DNA of 64,000 nt from Camelus dromedarius (taxonomy: Eukaryota): contig NC_087438.1 of NCBI RefSeq assembly GCF_036321535.1, positions 8,310,001-8,374,000 of the forward strand. Direction: 5' to 3'. Both the position numbers and the translations under genes were made by a program. This document shows positions 1-11,737 of this stretch, one piece after another. Positions within the stretch are counted from its first letter, which is position 1. Every line of letters starts with the position of its first letter. The notes below the pieces were generated by a model, which worked only from the letters and a program-made list of their open reading frames with translations, had not been told where the DNA came from and did no database searches.

Positions 1-275
1 GAAGAAGGTTGTTGGAACATCCACTCTACAGATGGTGAGTTGATCAGAAGAACAAGTGACAGCTTGGACTTTCCAGTGGCATCTAAAGTGTGCTGGGTAC
101 AGGGCGGGGGGGGGGAGGGAGTGTGAATCTCACAGGATTGAACCCTTAACCTGTGGAATCTGATGCCTATTTTCAAGTACATAGTGTCAGAACTGAGTTG
201 AATTGTAGGGTACCCAGCAGGTACCCAAGAATTGCTTGGTAGGGGACAAAACCCATGCTGAAACTGACAGCAGAG
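1..275 (+). mobile_element. 3' part of an ERVL-class LTR (MER21C-like)
   Basis: 'cccttaacctgtggaatctg...tagtgtcagaactgagttgaattgtaggg...cccagc...gaattgcttggt' resembles the MER21 3' half as I recall it. Confidence 0.7.
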
Positions 276-319
276 TCATCAGCACCAATTCCATCTCTCT
301 AATCTGCCGACTATCCCCA

Positions 320-560
320 CTGACACCACTCTAACCCTGGCCACCGGTATCTCTTGCCCAGACACCTAAACTCATTATCCTAATTAGTGTGTCTGTCTCT
401 TGTTCATACCTGCTTTCAATCTGTTCTCCACATTACAGCTAAAAATTATCTTTAAAAATTTAACAAATATGATTCTCTTATTCATCTACTTTGAACCTTT
501 CAATGACTCCTCATTTCCTAAGGATAAAAATGGATACTTCTTAAGATTTAACCCTCCAAT
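320..560 (+). mobile_element. LINE-2 fragment
   Basis: 'gccaccggtatctcttgcccag...aatctgttctccacattacagctaaaaattatcttt...cctttcaatgactcctcatt' resembles the L2 3' region. Confidence 0.7.
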
Positions 561-1489
561 GGCTGAACACTTTATAACAGTAAAGGAAATACTCTTTACC
601 GCAAGCATCATGACGTCTCTCTTAAGTCTAGATATTAATTTGATGCATTGAAGGTATTGAACAAATTTGACTGGTTGTCCCTATTCACATTTTTCTCTGG
701 TTTACACAAAAACAGATTTTTGCAAGTTAACAATATTATTACTAATTTGAAAATATAGACATAACCTAAAAAATTAACCAAAACTTAATCTTCTCATCAC
801 ATTTTCTCCCAAACTTTACCACAGTTTAATTATAATCAAACAATTAATTTGTGAGGTAATTATAACTCATTTACAGTTACATGTTCAAAGATATTCTCCC
901 TTTGGCCACCAAGAAATGTACTAATTTTCAGAGCGAGAAAGGACACTTCTTGATTCTGAGAAAAGCATTAGGAGATACTTGTTTTCTACCGATGAGCCTG
1001 GAAAGATCTCTTGCAAGATTGTGAAATCCATATTAAAAAAAACCCTCAACTGTGAAACTGACATTATCATTTACTTTGACGCTGTATCATTTGTGAGGCA
1101 GAATAATCAATTTTCCCATGATTTGCTATCTTCCGGACATAAAATCCACTAGTGAAGTTTACTGGTGGCTCTTTGAAGTTTACTGAGTTCCTGCCATTAT
1201 TTCACGATGAGGAGATATGTCAGGTCTCTTCAGTGGCTCCAAAGTCCCCAGGAAGTTCTCTCATTAGCTCCCTGGAAATCAAAACTTGTCTCCAATAATC
1301 TGGTGATGCTGCTGTTTAATTTCTCTTCACTACTGCAATGTCAGATGTCTCCAGTACATAAATGAAATGCAAAAGTAACACTGTCTTCTCAGTACCAGCC
1401 ACCATGGGGACTGAGCCATCACCGCCTACCCACTTACCTGGGAGCAAACCACAAGTTCCAGTTATTTTACAGCTATTATTCTTAGGACT

Positions 1490-1585
1490 GACTTCAAGGC
1501 AAGAACAATGCTACCTTTTTGATTCAAATCTCTAATACCTACCAAATAGTAGGTGCTAAGTAAACACTTATGGAATGAATGAATT
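1490..1585 (+). mobile_element. LINE-2 3' end
   Basis: 'atagtaggtgctaagtaaacacttatggaatgaatgaat' is the typical L2 terminus. Confidence 0.7.
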
Positions 1586-1692
1586 TAAAAAAGCAGTACG
1601 GCAACAGATACGTATGTGTAAAGCCTTCTGCAAGGTGCTGAATGACACAAACAGGAAAGACGCAGGTACAAAGTTAGTTCATGTACAGATCA

Positions 1693-1864
1693 TGTGACGG
1701 TTAATTTCGTGTGTCAACTTGACCTGGCTAAAGGATGCCCAGACAGCTGGCAAAACATGATTTCTTCGTGTGTCTCTGAGGATGTTTCTGGAAGAGTTTG
1801 GCATTTGAAACAGAAGACGAAGTATAGAGGACCACTCTCACCAGTGCAGGTAGGCATCATTCAA
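1693..1864 (+). mobile_element. 5' fragment of an MLT2 (ERVL) LTR
   Basis: 'tgtgacggttaatttcgtgtgtcaacttgacctggctaaaggatgcccaga' resembles the MLT2 5' end. Homology stops at about 1864. Confidence 0.8.
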
Positions 1865-1885
1865 GATGGTGCTAACTACAATATT

Positions 1886-2049
1886 AAAACCAAGAACACT
1901 CTCCTATTAACTTGTTTAAATACAAATGGAACAAGCGAGTCTGGTACTATTTTTCATTTCTTTTCATACTGTGCAGTTGATCAAAAAAATTCCTCCTTAT
2001 ACTATAAGTAGCTTCATGACTTGAACATTTCATTGTGCTCCTTTCTAAT
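1886..2049 (+). repeat. Copy 1 of a diverged ~165-bp direct repeat
   Basis: Shares 'ttgtttaaatacaaatg' and 'atgacttgaacatttca' and is colinear with 3357-3520. Confidence 0.9.
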
Positions 2050-2229
2050 ACAGATCCTGCTGGTTTATCTAGGAAGAGTGACATCCTTTCCAACTCTCTG
2101 AAACTACAGCACTAACTAGAGTACAAAATAAAAAACCAGGTTGCAGCGAGAGAGATGCAAATGAATTTCAGAGACAACCTCCACTTAGGGAGATGGAAGG
2201 GGCAGGAAGAATGAAGAAACCGAGGGCGA

Positions 2230-2420
2230 CAGCCCAGGCTTAGAAGGTGGCATCTGAGATGGACAGTGGAGGAGACTACCTGACCATGTGAAGGGCTAGA
2301 GGAAAAGCCTTACAGATGGTACGGCATGAGTCAGGCACAGAGACAGGCAAATGTTAAACGTGTGCCTGTGTGTTTCAGGGAGTGATGAATTCAATTCGAC
2401 TGGCGTGTAGGGCTACACTG
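2230..2420 (-). mobile_element. LINE-2 fragment
   Basis: 'agaaggtggcatctgagatggac...gaggaaaagccttacagatgg...' resembles antisense L2. Confidence 0.55.
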
Positions 2421-3356
2421 AGTATCACGCAAATTAGCTTGAAAGTTTTGACTTAGGCAAAAGTTTATATTCAGCAACGATCCTGATGTTTACTATTTAT
2501 TAAATGTGAAGCACCATCTCATTTATCTCCAAGCTCCATGTAAAAAACCCTTTGAAATTTTCCTGAGCTCATCTGTTTCATCGATAAGAAAATAATTAAC
2601 GAAACTTAACTTTGTTTTTTTGCTTTTGTTTGTCTGTTTGTTTTACATCTGAAGGTAAACAGTGTTAAGATAGACCCTGTACTGCATTATAAGGATACTG
2701 CACTGCAAGGATGTTTGTTGGCCTGCCCCTCAATGTCCCTGTCAGCTGCAGAGCTTTTTCATAATTAGGTGGACACAGGAAGGTCCTCTGGGGTTGTGGA
2801 CACAGACGGCTATTGGCTCCTCCACCCAGAGAAATAGTCTCATTTCTCTTCGCTTCATTTATACTGTTGACATTTCTTTCCAGTGATTTTGTGTGTGTGT
2901 ATCTTTCAGAGCGCCTGTTCCTCGTTGCCTCCAGAGTGGTTTTTAATTGCTACTGTCACATCGCCTGCTGATTAAGGAGCCCAAGGTGACCACAGGGCTG
3001 ACATCAGGTAAGAGGGAGTTATTATTATAATTGTACCCTGATAGAGTAGTAAAATGGTTGTACTATTTGTATAATAACAGTTACTCTAATTATTTTATCT
3101 TGAAATGACCCAGTGAATGATTAAGGATATGAAATATAATCCATTTGTGTAAAAAGGAGGGGCCTGGCCATCAGAATCGCTAAGTGAATAATTCAACATT
3201 ACCCAGTCAGTGGAACAGCAGAGACACTGACACAGTGACAGCCAGCCCAATGGCTTTTCTGATTCTTGACAAGGTATGTAATATGCAAATACCTATCAGG
3301 TCTTTTGCTTCACCTGTGAAATATTACTTCCCCACTGCTCAGGTAGTGATATACTC

Positions 3357-3520
3357 AAAACATGAACATTCTTATAGTAAGTTGTTTAAATACAAATGCA
3401 ACAATCAGATCTGATCCAATTTTTCACTCTTTACCACACACTACACAGCTGATTAACAAAAAAACCCTCTTTACTAGAGCAGCTTTATGACTTGAACATT
3501 TCACTGTGATCCTTTCTTAA
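3357..3520 (+). repeat. Copy 2 of the diverged ~165-bp direct repeat
   Basis: Colinear with 1886-2049. Confidence 0.9.
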
Positions 3521-4214
3521 CTCAACTTCAAAAGCCTAAACTTAACCCTGTCTTCAGGCTGTGAAAATCTAAGATTCTTTTCCTTTCATTTAATTTTCCT
3601 TTTGGAAATTTCTCCACTGCGAATGAATCAAGTACACTCTAACAAGGAATATGTCCATATTCGCACCCTGAGCCTCAGACAAGAACTTGTAGGAATGTAG
3701 TGTTGATGGATGTACCACTGTTGGGATAGTTTATACACCACCGCTGAAGCAAGACGAGCTGTGACCGATGCATTTTTTCCATAGTCGTCATCCTTCCACA
3801 TCTCCCCAATACGGGGAAGAGTCTTAATGGATGCGCATTAGCAAGTTTGCAGGCTTATTTTCAGTCATAAAGAAGAGTGTGCCAGATGCTCGTGGTACAC
3901 TGAATTTGTCACACTGTAGACAGGCTAATATCATTATGTGAGACCACAGGGGAAAAAGTAAAAGATTCACATTTAATCCATATTAACTACCGGGAGACCC
4001 ATCAAGGCAGTTGGGCTAGCTCATGATACAGCAGCTTCCAGCAAATTAGCAGCCCATAACAACTTAGTTATAATGAGCTGCAAGATCTTACACCATAAGC
4101 TCCTCTCCATTAAAGTGAATTCAAGTACATGAATTCATGTACAGAGTATAACCTTAACATCTGTCTGTGCTTAGCCAATATTTTGTTTATGCCTTTTTAG
4201 GAACAGCCAAATGA

Positions 4215-4470
4215 TCCCGGTGTCCCCTGAAACGAGGAGCTGTAATTTCCAGCAACTGCAGTTTTTACGGCATCGAGGGCAGAGCTGATCCACGTCAGCC
4301 GCCCCGGCCCCCGAGCCGGGCAGCAGGCAGCTCGTGATGCCGCCGGCGCCGTCTCGCACACGGTGGGCTGGTCTCCTCCCCAGCCATTTCCCCTTGCCAG
4401 ACAAGTGGGGAAAGTCATCGTCTAGACGTAAACTGAGTAGGCAAGACAAGACACGTGAAGCTATAAATCC
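4215..4470. promoter_or_regulatory. Small CpG-rich promoter/enhancer-like element, orientation unresolved
   Basis: About 18 CpGs by eye in 4217-4430 against a CpG-depleted background. TGACGTGGA on the - strand (4289-4297), GC box (4298-4305), CACGTG (4452-4457), TATAAAT (4462-4468). Confidence 0.55.
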
Positions 4471-4617
4471 TGTAAAACGCATATTCAGTTAAGCAAAACG
4501 ACTTAAATCATATCCTACTCAACTCAGCATGGAGATCCTAGCTATTTTAATTAATTTAGGTCATTGTTTTCCCTGTAAAAGCAATGTCCGTCTCCTCTTC
4601 GTATAGTGGAGTGAATG

Positions 4618-4785
4618 CCCTTTAGAGATTTAGGGAATAATAATATAATACTATCACTATTATAATAATTATTCTTTCTATTTTATAGATGAGGAAACAC
4701 CCTTTAGGGTTTCAGGAAATGATAATAATATTAATACCATCACTATTATAATAATTATTGCTTCTGTTTTACAGCTGAGGAAACA
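4618..4785 (+). repeat. Tandem duplication of an ~82-86-bp unit ending in a MIR core
   Basis: Units 4618-4699 and 4700-4785 both read 'ccctttag...atcactattataataattatt...tttta(t/c)ag(a/c)tgaggaaaca'. Confidence 0.9.
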
Positions 4786-6427
4786 GAGGAATAGGTTACC
4801 CATGGTTAACTAGTGGCTAAGTTAAGGGAACAGACATTTTATATACAGTTCAAGGTATCTTTAAAGAGTTTTACGTATAGGATGAATAAATACTTACATA
4901 AATAATAGAACTTCCCTATTCTTAGTCTGTCTTAAACAGTGGGTGTACATGAATCACTTGGGCAATGTTTTCAACATTTATGTCCTTCCTTCTGCCTCCA
5001 GAAACCTTAGCATGTTGAAAAGTGGGTATTGCAAATATCAGTGTGGGCTTTCTAGCTCTTTCCACACCCAAACTGCATCTAGTTGTAATCGACCTAGATA
5101 TAACGTCTTAAAACGTCTTAGATGGAGGGGGTCTAGAAGGTCATTCAGTTTATCACCCACCCTTCTTAAAGACTCAGCCTCTCAGACAGTCACTGCCTGA
5201 AAGCTAGATACTGGGGACGAGAGCTCAAACTCAGATGCACACCGCTCCACTGAAGGACAGCTCTGGGTGTCAAAACCACACTATACCTTCCTGTAAAAAT
5301 CTAATAATTGATTCTGACCCTGACTCCTGTTCTCGTTCTGTCCGCTGATTCACCAAAGCACGACACTGACTTTTTCATTGACGCGATAGACCAGCCAGTG
5401 TTTGAAAACCACACCTTCTCTTCTGTGATTTAAATAAGGGGGCCGTTCAGAATTCTCATCATTGTTCTTACAAGTTTCATCATTCTGGCCACAGCGCTGT
5501 ATATTGTTTCTCTTGTTAGTAGTAGATCCCCCCTACCCTTAATTCGTAATATCCAGCATTGCGCGTAGTATTCCAAATACACTCTGGAAAGTGTGAAGCA
5601 CTTAAGTGTCGCTGCCTTGCAGCACTGAAACTGAACTTCCATCAATGTAACCTAGCAGTATGTTAGCTTTCTTAATCTTGTGAAACAGTTGCCTCGTATG
5701 AAATTTGAATTCAACTAAACCTCTAGTTCTTTATCCAAAATTGCTGCCGAGTTCGGTTTCCATACACGAAGTGCCTCTGCGTTTGATACCTTTGTATCTA
5801 CAGACAGGGCTGGACATATATCCAAGTTTTCAACTTTTTGTTTTTAATCTCCTTTTTTTTTCCCCAGCATTTTAGGTTCTTCTTGAAATCTAATTCTGTA
5901 TCAAATGTATATACATTTTCTTAGCCTTTATAATCTGCAAATTCTATAAGCTTGCTTTGAAGACATTGGCTTAATTCTGTGATTAGAGTTTTGAATAGAA
6001 AGCTCAGTTTCTCCACTGCAGGCTTTTTATGAAGTTTCTACTCAACAGTGTGTCCAAAGGGATATATAAACATGTGTCTAATACATGTCATCAGTACACA
6101 AAGCTCAGCAAAGGCCTTGGGTTGCTCTCTAGTCCCTAGATGGAGGGGACCACGATCTGCACGCTGTCTTACTGTCCACCTCCCCATCTGCAGAACGTCT
6201 GCTGCTTATCATGCACTTGTTTGCAAATGATGAATAATCATTCACAACTGTATGACGGTCTTCATCAGTCACCCCCAAATCTGGTTATAATCACAGCAGA
6301 GGGTCTTAGCAAGAGAGATGGCTGAGCTTTATAAATATACTTATTTCTCATATCTCAGGCTTTGAATTCAAATTTGGTCATTAACTTCCAAACACTGCTG
6401 AGCTGTGTAGCTCAGATGTGGCAGCAA

Positions 6428-6661
6428 CTGTGTCTAAAGCGGGGTGCACAAGATAATCCACTGGGGTAGGGGAAGCAAAGGTTTGAACTACATTTTAAAT
6501 TACTGTGATTTTTAAAATGACATTTTTGTATTTTCTGACATATGAGTTTTGACAGTTGAACATTTGCATCATGCACAAATAAAAAAGCACCTAATGGATG
6601 TTCTTGCTCAAAAAACGTTTACTGTTCGAGGAGTGAAACTGACAAAGGCTGCAGACCTCTG
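6428..6661. mobile_element. hAT-Charlie-type non-autonomous DNA transposon, family uncertain
   Basis: 'aaagcggggtgcacaagataatccactggggt...aaaaaacgtttactg...gcagacctctg' has Charlie-like termini and an AT-rich interior. Confidence 0.55.
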
Positions 6662-6711
6662 GGTGACAGACACACACAGGCTGGGCCGGGGACCCAGGTA
6701 AGACCTGACCC

Positions 6712-7277
6712 TGTGAGCAGCTCTTTGCAGGAAGCAGCGCTTTGCAGGAGGCCCTTTGTCTTGTTAATTTAGCAAAGCTATATTTTAACTAACCTTTACA
6801 CCAGGTGCCCGCGTGTTTAACTAACCTCAGGCCCAAGCACACCTTTCAAATCTTTTGATCACACAATGCCTTGCCTAACGTGTTGATTCTTAGGTTAAAG
6901 GAGAAATTAAGAATAAGTAATTAACAGATAACCAGATCTTTTCTGCAGCTTCCCCTTCAATAATCCCATGAGCAAACCATGTGAACAAAACAGCATCTAA
7001 AGAAAGATCACCAGGAGTCAGCAAGTCTGCACACAGTGAAAGATGACGAAGACTTTGACCTCTTCCCCAAATGATTAACTGTGACCAGCTTCCCCTTTTC
7101 CCTTTAAAAACTTTTACAATCGAGCGGAATCTTCAGAGCTGGTTTTCAGACACGAGCCTGCCATCTCCCCAGGTTGCCAGACTCCTAAGTAAAGCAATCT
7201 TTCCTTTCCTCCCAACCCTTGCCTCTCAGGAGTATTGGCTTTTGAGCGGCGAGCAGCCAAACCTGAGTTTGGTAACA
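6712..7277 (+). mobile_element. ERV1 solo LTR with a MER41-like U5 end
   Basis: Ends 'gagtattggcttttgagcggcgagcagccaaacctgagtttggtaaca'. TATA-like 'tttaaaa' and 'agtaaa' polyA variant. The 5' boundary is tentative (flanks accc/acct). Confidence 0.75.
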
Positions 7278-9077
7278 ACCTTAGCCAATCTGTTCTGCTC
7301 CACAGCTAAATGGTGATGGGGACTCAACACTGGGAAGGCCCTGCCCGGGAGACAAGAAAACCCTATTCATTTGGAAGGGATCACAGAATGGAAGCCTTTA
7401 ATTTTGCAGGTACAGAATCTGTGGTGCAGAGGAATTAAGTGACTAGACTGAGAGCCTCAGAGCCCTTTGGGGACATACTGGGAGAAGAAAATGAAATGAA
7501 ATAAGGTTAGTACCAGAGCTACACCTGATTTCGCTCCATTGCTCTTTCTCCAAATATATTACCCCAATGAGGAAATAAACAAACCAACCAAAAGCCAAAA
7601 ACAATAAAAAAAGAAAGAAAAGAAACAAAAGGAATTGGAGGAGACAGCCACTTAACTACATCTTTTGGCCCCACCCTTCCACTGACTGATGTGAGGGGAC
7701 AGCATTAGGCCCAGCGGATGACACCAGCTGTGAACTTTCTGAACACCTGCTCACTCCTCAGTGAGCAGAGTCATCTTCTAACTTTAAAACCCTTTTGAAT
7801 TGTGCCTTCAAAAGTTATGAACATCCACATTGTTCTAAGATGAGTAACACGTTGCCAAAAACTAAATCAAGGTTACAGCAGGGGAATATCCACTCGTAAC
7901 CTTGGTCCAGTAAAATGTTCCTGTGCAGCTGGAAGAGGAAATTATCATGTACTTTATAAACGCCATCACCTGGCTCCTGACCACAATGAGAAGAATGTCA
8001 CTGCTCTCAAGGAAAGAAAGTTAAGCCCTAAGTATGTCCGTGTTTTCTTAAAATTCAACAACTGGGGCCTACAGAGAAAACAAAGACTCTGGTTTTCCTC
8101 CAGCCCCATGGTTTTCCTAATACAACACAGCCAAGCAGCCTATTTCACACCTGATTAAATTCACCATGAATTTTGTCTCCAATGAAAGCATAGTCTCAAA
8201 GTTTTCCCAATACATCAGTGATCCCTGCAAACAAAGATGATTTAAAAAAAAAAAACTTGGCCTGGCTTCCTTTTAAAAGTGGAAGTTAAGAGTAAGGTCT
8301 TACAGAACACTGATAGTGATAAACTCATTAGGATGGATGTAGCCTCTGTGTCACTGTAACATACTCTCTTCCTAGATTGTGGTGCTTTGGAAAGGAAGCG
8401 GAGGGGTGATAATAATAATAGCCACTGACTCATCTTCTGGCCCCCACTAACATGACAGCTCCATGAAGGCAGTGGCTTCGCCTCTCTTTATTCCAAACTT
8501 TTAGAAGAGGGACTGGCAAGTACCAGAACTCAGTAAATAGGGTTGTAATAACAACTGTGCTATGCCATTTAGCTTAAGTCATCCTTATGAGATGCTTTGG
8601 CTTCTGTAGACTTATTGAAAGGAATGAAAATGATACACATGGCTGCACAATAAAACAAACAACACAATTATCATGAAACAGACTGAGAAATGGGGACAAC
8701 ATTCTAAGATCAGGCCTTGACCACGTGTCTAGCATCCACCTTCTTAGCTCTGAGCAGCCCAGCTGGTATCCACGTGAACAGAACTTTCCCTTCTGTCTGT
8801 CTGTCTCCCTCTTTATTTCACACATGCATGCACCAATACAGCCTGGCAGACAGTGGGCCTGGAAAGAGACAAGATTTGGATTAATCACATGCTGATGACC
8901 CCGCCAATCTCATATCACCTTGAATCTGTCACTTGCATGCATCTCCAAGGTGGCAGCTAGGACTGTTCCAATCTCTATCCTGCCCCCAAATCTCTGCAGA
9001 GAACTCTCAGATCGCCCTTGAACTTGTCCCTCCACCTCCCATACAGCCAGCTTCTGCCTATCTGTGAAATCAGACAG

Positions 9078-9212
9078 GCAGTTCTCAAAAGCTCCTGGGT
9101 CTAGCAGTTTTCTAGGGAATCTATGAAAAATGCAGATGTCCAAGGCCAGCCTCTGAGATGCTGAGTCAGGAAGCGGCCTTTATGATAGTTGCTCCAGCCG
9201 ATTCTGATGTGG
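9078..9212. mobile_element. MER5-like hAT MITE
   Basis: 'cagttctcaaa...aaaatgcagatgtccaaggcc...gagatgctgagtcag...gattctgatgt'. Confidence 0.6.
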
Positions 9213-9494
9213 GAGGGTGTCCGGCAGCACCTCATCACCAGCCCCAGAGCTCCAGGCCCAGCAGGATCCCAAACAGGAACATGCTGACTGGCGGGTGAAA
9301 CAGTTCACAGTAAAAGGGAGAGCAGGCAGGCGGGAGGGAACTAGTAACGAAAAACAAAGGGAGAATTATGCAGTGGGGTGGGGAGGAGGGGGCTGGATAT
9401 CTCTGAAGAGGCAAAAATCAATGAAGATTTTCCAAAATCTAAGTGAGATGATTAAACTGAGCAGCGCTGTTGGCTAGAAGGCTGAGCGTGAGCT

Positions 9495-9700
9495 GCAGAG
9501 CTCAGCAGACATGGATTCTAAACTTCACACTAATTCATCTCTGTGACACGCCACGTAACGAAGTCACGTCTCCGGTTAATGTTTCTGATCCACAGCTCAG
9601 GGATATGATCTAACTCATAAGGCCTTCGCGGGGACTTAGTGAGATCCTGGAAGTAAACACGGAATCAAGAGCCCTGGATGAGCTCATTAAGTGTATCAAT
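9495..9700 (+). mobile_element. MIR SINE
   Basis: 'cagacatggattctaaac...ctctgtgac...aactcataagg...gggacttagtgagat...gctcattaagtgt'. Confidence 0.6.
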
Positions 9701-10439
9701 GATCCTTTCAGAGCAATAACAAAATAAAAGGGTCAAGTTCATCAGTTTTTACGTGAACAAACGCAAACATACTGAGAGAATAAGTCCCTGCATGGGAAAT
9801 GAACGCTATTTGACAAATATCCGTGTACATTTGCCAAATATATGACGGCCTGCAAACAGCATCAGGTCCAAGGCAGGTCTGGGCCACAACGCAGCTACCT
9901 GTGCTGGAAACCGCAGGGGAGCATCACGGCCAAATGGCCCAAACACCTGGGGCCGGGGATGGCGCAGACACAGCCCCCAGCCCACTCCAAGTTCCCCTCT
10001 TTAAGTCTTTTCATCCTCCCCTCTGTATTGATGGTTTCTATTTTTTGGCAGAAGAGCTTTGTGATCATGTAGATGCAACTAATCCCCAACCCTGGCACCT
10101 AAATTTAATTACTTTAAACATTTCAACACTGAATATAGTATCTCCTGCAGAAACTTGCTTAACGCCAATGAAAACAATCAGAAATTGGTTCAGAGGAGCA
10201 GGAGGGCTTGAAATGAACTGAAGAGGGGCCATGTGAACAATGTGGAGGCTATGCAATTATCTCATTCTGTGTTCTCATTGGAGGAAAACCTATTCAGATA
10301 CTACACTCGACATGCAAACAGCAGCTGAGGCTTATGGGATACAGAAAGGTTCTAATAACCTGTTTGTCTTATACTGAAACCATCAGACACTTGACCAACA
10401 CTTAAAATTGGCTTTTCTTCTTCAAAAGTGAGCTGGTAC

Positions 10440-10499
10440 CTTTGGAAGCCACAGTCTAACTCAACAGTTTTACTTCTAGAGGAAGTGATCCTCACAGCT
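10440..10499 (-). other. Candidate 60-nt internal exon, probably 5'UTR
   Basis: Minus-strand acceptor 'tgatcttctctaatgtatttttcag|' and weak donor 'ccaaag|gtacca'. Lies downstream of the 14807 donor. Confidence 0.25.
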
Positions 10500-11377
10500 C
10501 TGAAAAATACATTAGAGAAGATCACTATAAAGTTAGCCACTCTGTAGTGTCTGTTAAATTCCTAGAGTTTGCAGAGTTTATTTTTAAAAACACAAGTGCG
10601 GAGCTTAAACTTGTCAAATGTATGATGAACTTGATGAAACAAAGGCAGGTGATTTGATCCACAAATAAAATACATCCAATGTCATTATGCTTTCCAGGTA
10701 AGCCAGCATTAGATACAGCCACACTATACAAGATACCGCTATGCATATGATGAATATTGACTAGTAATTCTTAGGACCCTAAGAAAGTATTTTGTTTTTT
10801 GAGTAGCATTTTGTTTAACAGAGCTGCTAACTGAATATGATCACATGAATAATCCAGCCCATTGAATCTCTTTCTCAGGTTAATGGACATTAGAAACATG
10901 AAGAAATATATGATTTAACATTTTAGAGACTGTATATGCTTCTTTGTGTGTTTCTTATAAAGAATACTGTGGAGACCATGCAGATAAATCACAGACCCTT
11001 AGGGAAAGCTGGAGTGTTAGTGACGGCCACACCTTTTACGGCAGAAGCAGCTGATGACTATGGAAGCTGAAGGCACTGGTCAAGTTTCCACAGCCAGAGG
11101 GTGGGAAGAGGGGAGAAGAAGCTGGGTGTCCTCACCAAGAGTCCATCTGATGTCACAGACCACGCCACAGAAGGGACACTCCCCCTCCTACTCTGTGACA
11201 ACACCGGAGTCTGGGCTAGAAGTGCTGGTGCATAAGCGATGAGGAATCTTCTGCTTGTATTTGACCACTTTCTCTGCATTCAGGCTAGAATAATGGGTTT
11301 CAAGTGGTAACTTTCAATGTTCTCTATTTTTAAAAATCTGAAACAACAACCACAAAGTAGAATACTGTGTATTTGGT

Positions 11378-11731
11378 GTCATCCCTCAGTATCCTTGAGG
11401 AATTCGTTCTAGGATACTCAGGGAATACCAAAATCCACAGATGCTCAAGTCCCTTGTATTTAATGGTGTAGTGCTCACATATAACCTATGCATATCCTCC
11501 CATATACATTCAGTCATCTCTAGATTACTTGTAATACTTCATATAATGCAAATGCTATGTAAATAGCTGTAAAAAAACAAACAATGTAAATACTTAGTAA
11601 ATAGTTGCCAGGGCACACCAAATTCATTTTGCTTGTTGGAACTTTCTGGAATTCTTCCCCCCCAAGTATTTCGATCTGCAATTGGTTGAACTATGGATAC
11701 AGGACTCATCAATATAAAAAAGCCAACTGTA
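11378..11731 (+). mobile_element. MER2/MER2B-like Tigger MITE
   Basis: 'gtcatccctcagtatcc...ataccaaaatccacagatgctcaagtccct...catctctagattacttgtaatac...ccaactg' followed by TA. Confidence 0.85.
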
Positions 11732-11737
11732 TTCAGA

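Noticed and set aside
1432..1440. Perfect minus-strand donor CAG|GTAAGT
   Set aside because: One such 9-mer is unsurprising in 128 kb of both strands, and the upstream sequence runs into an L2 end with no clear acceptor
4171..4482. Minus-strand 103-aa and 73-aa ORFs over the CpG element
   Set aside because: High GC reduces stop codons, and there is no homology or splice support
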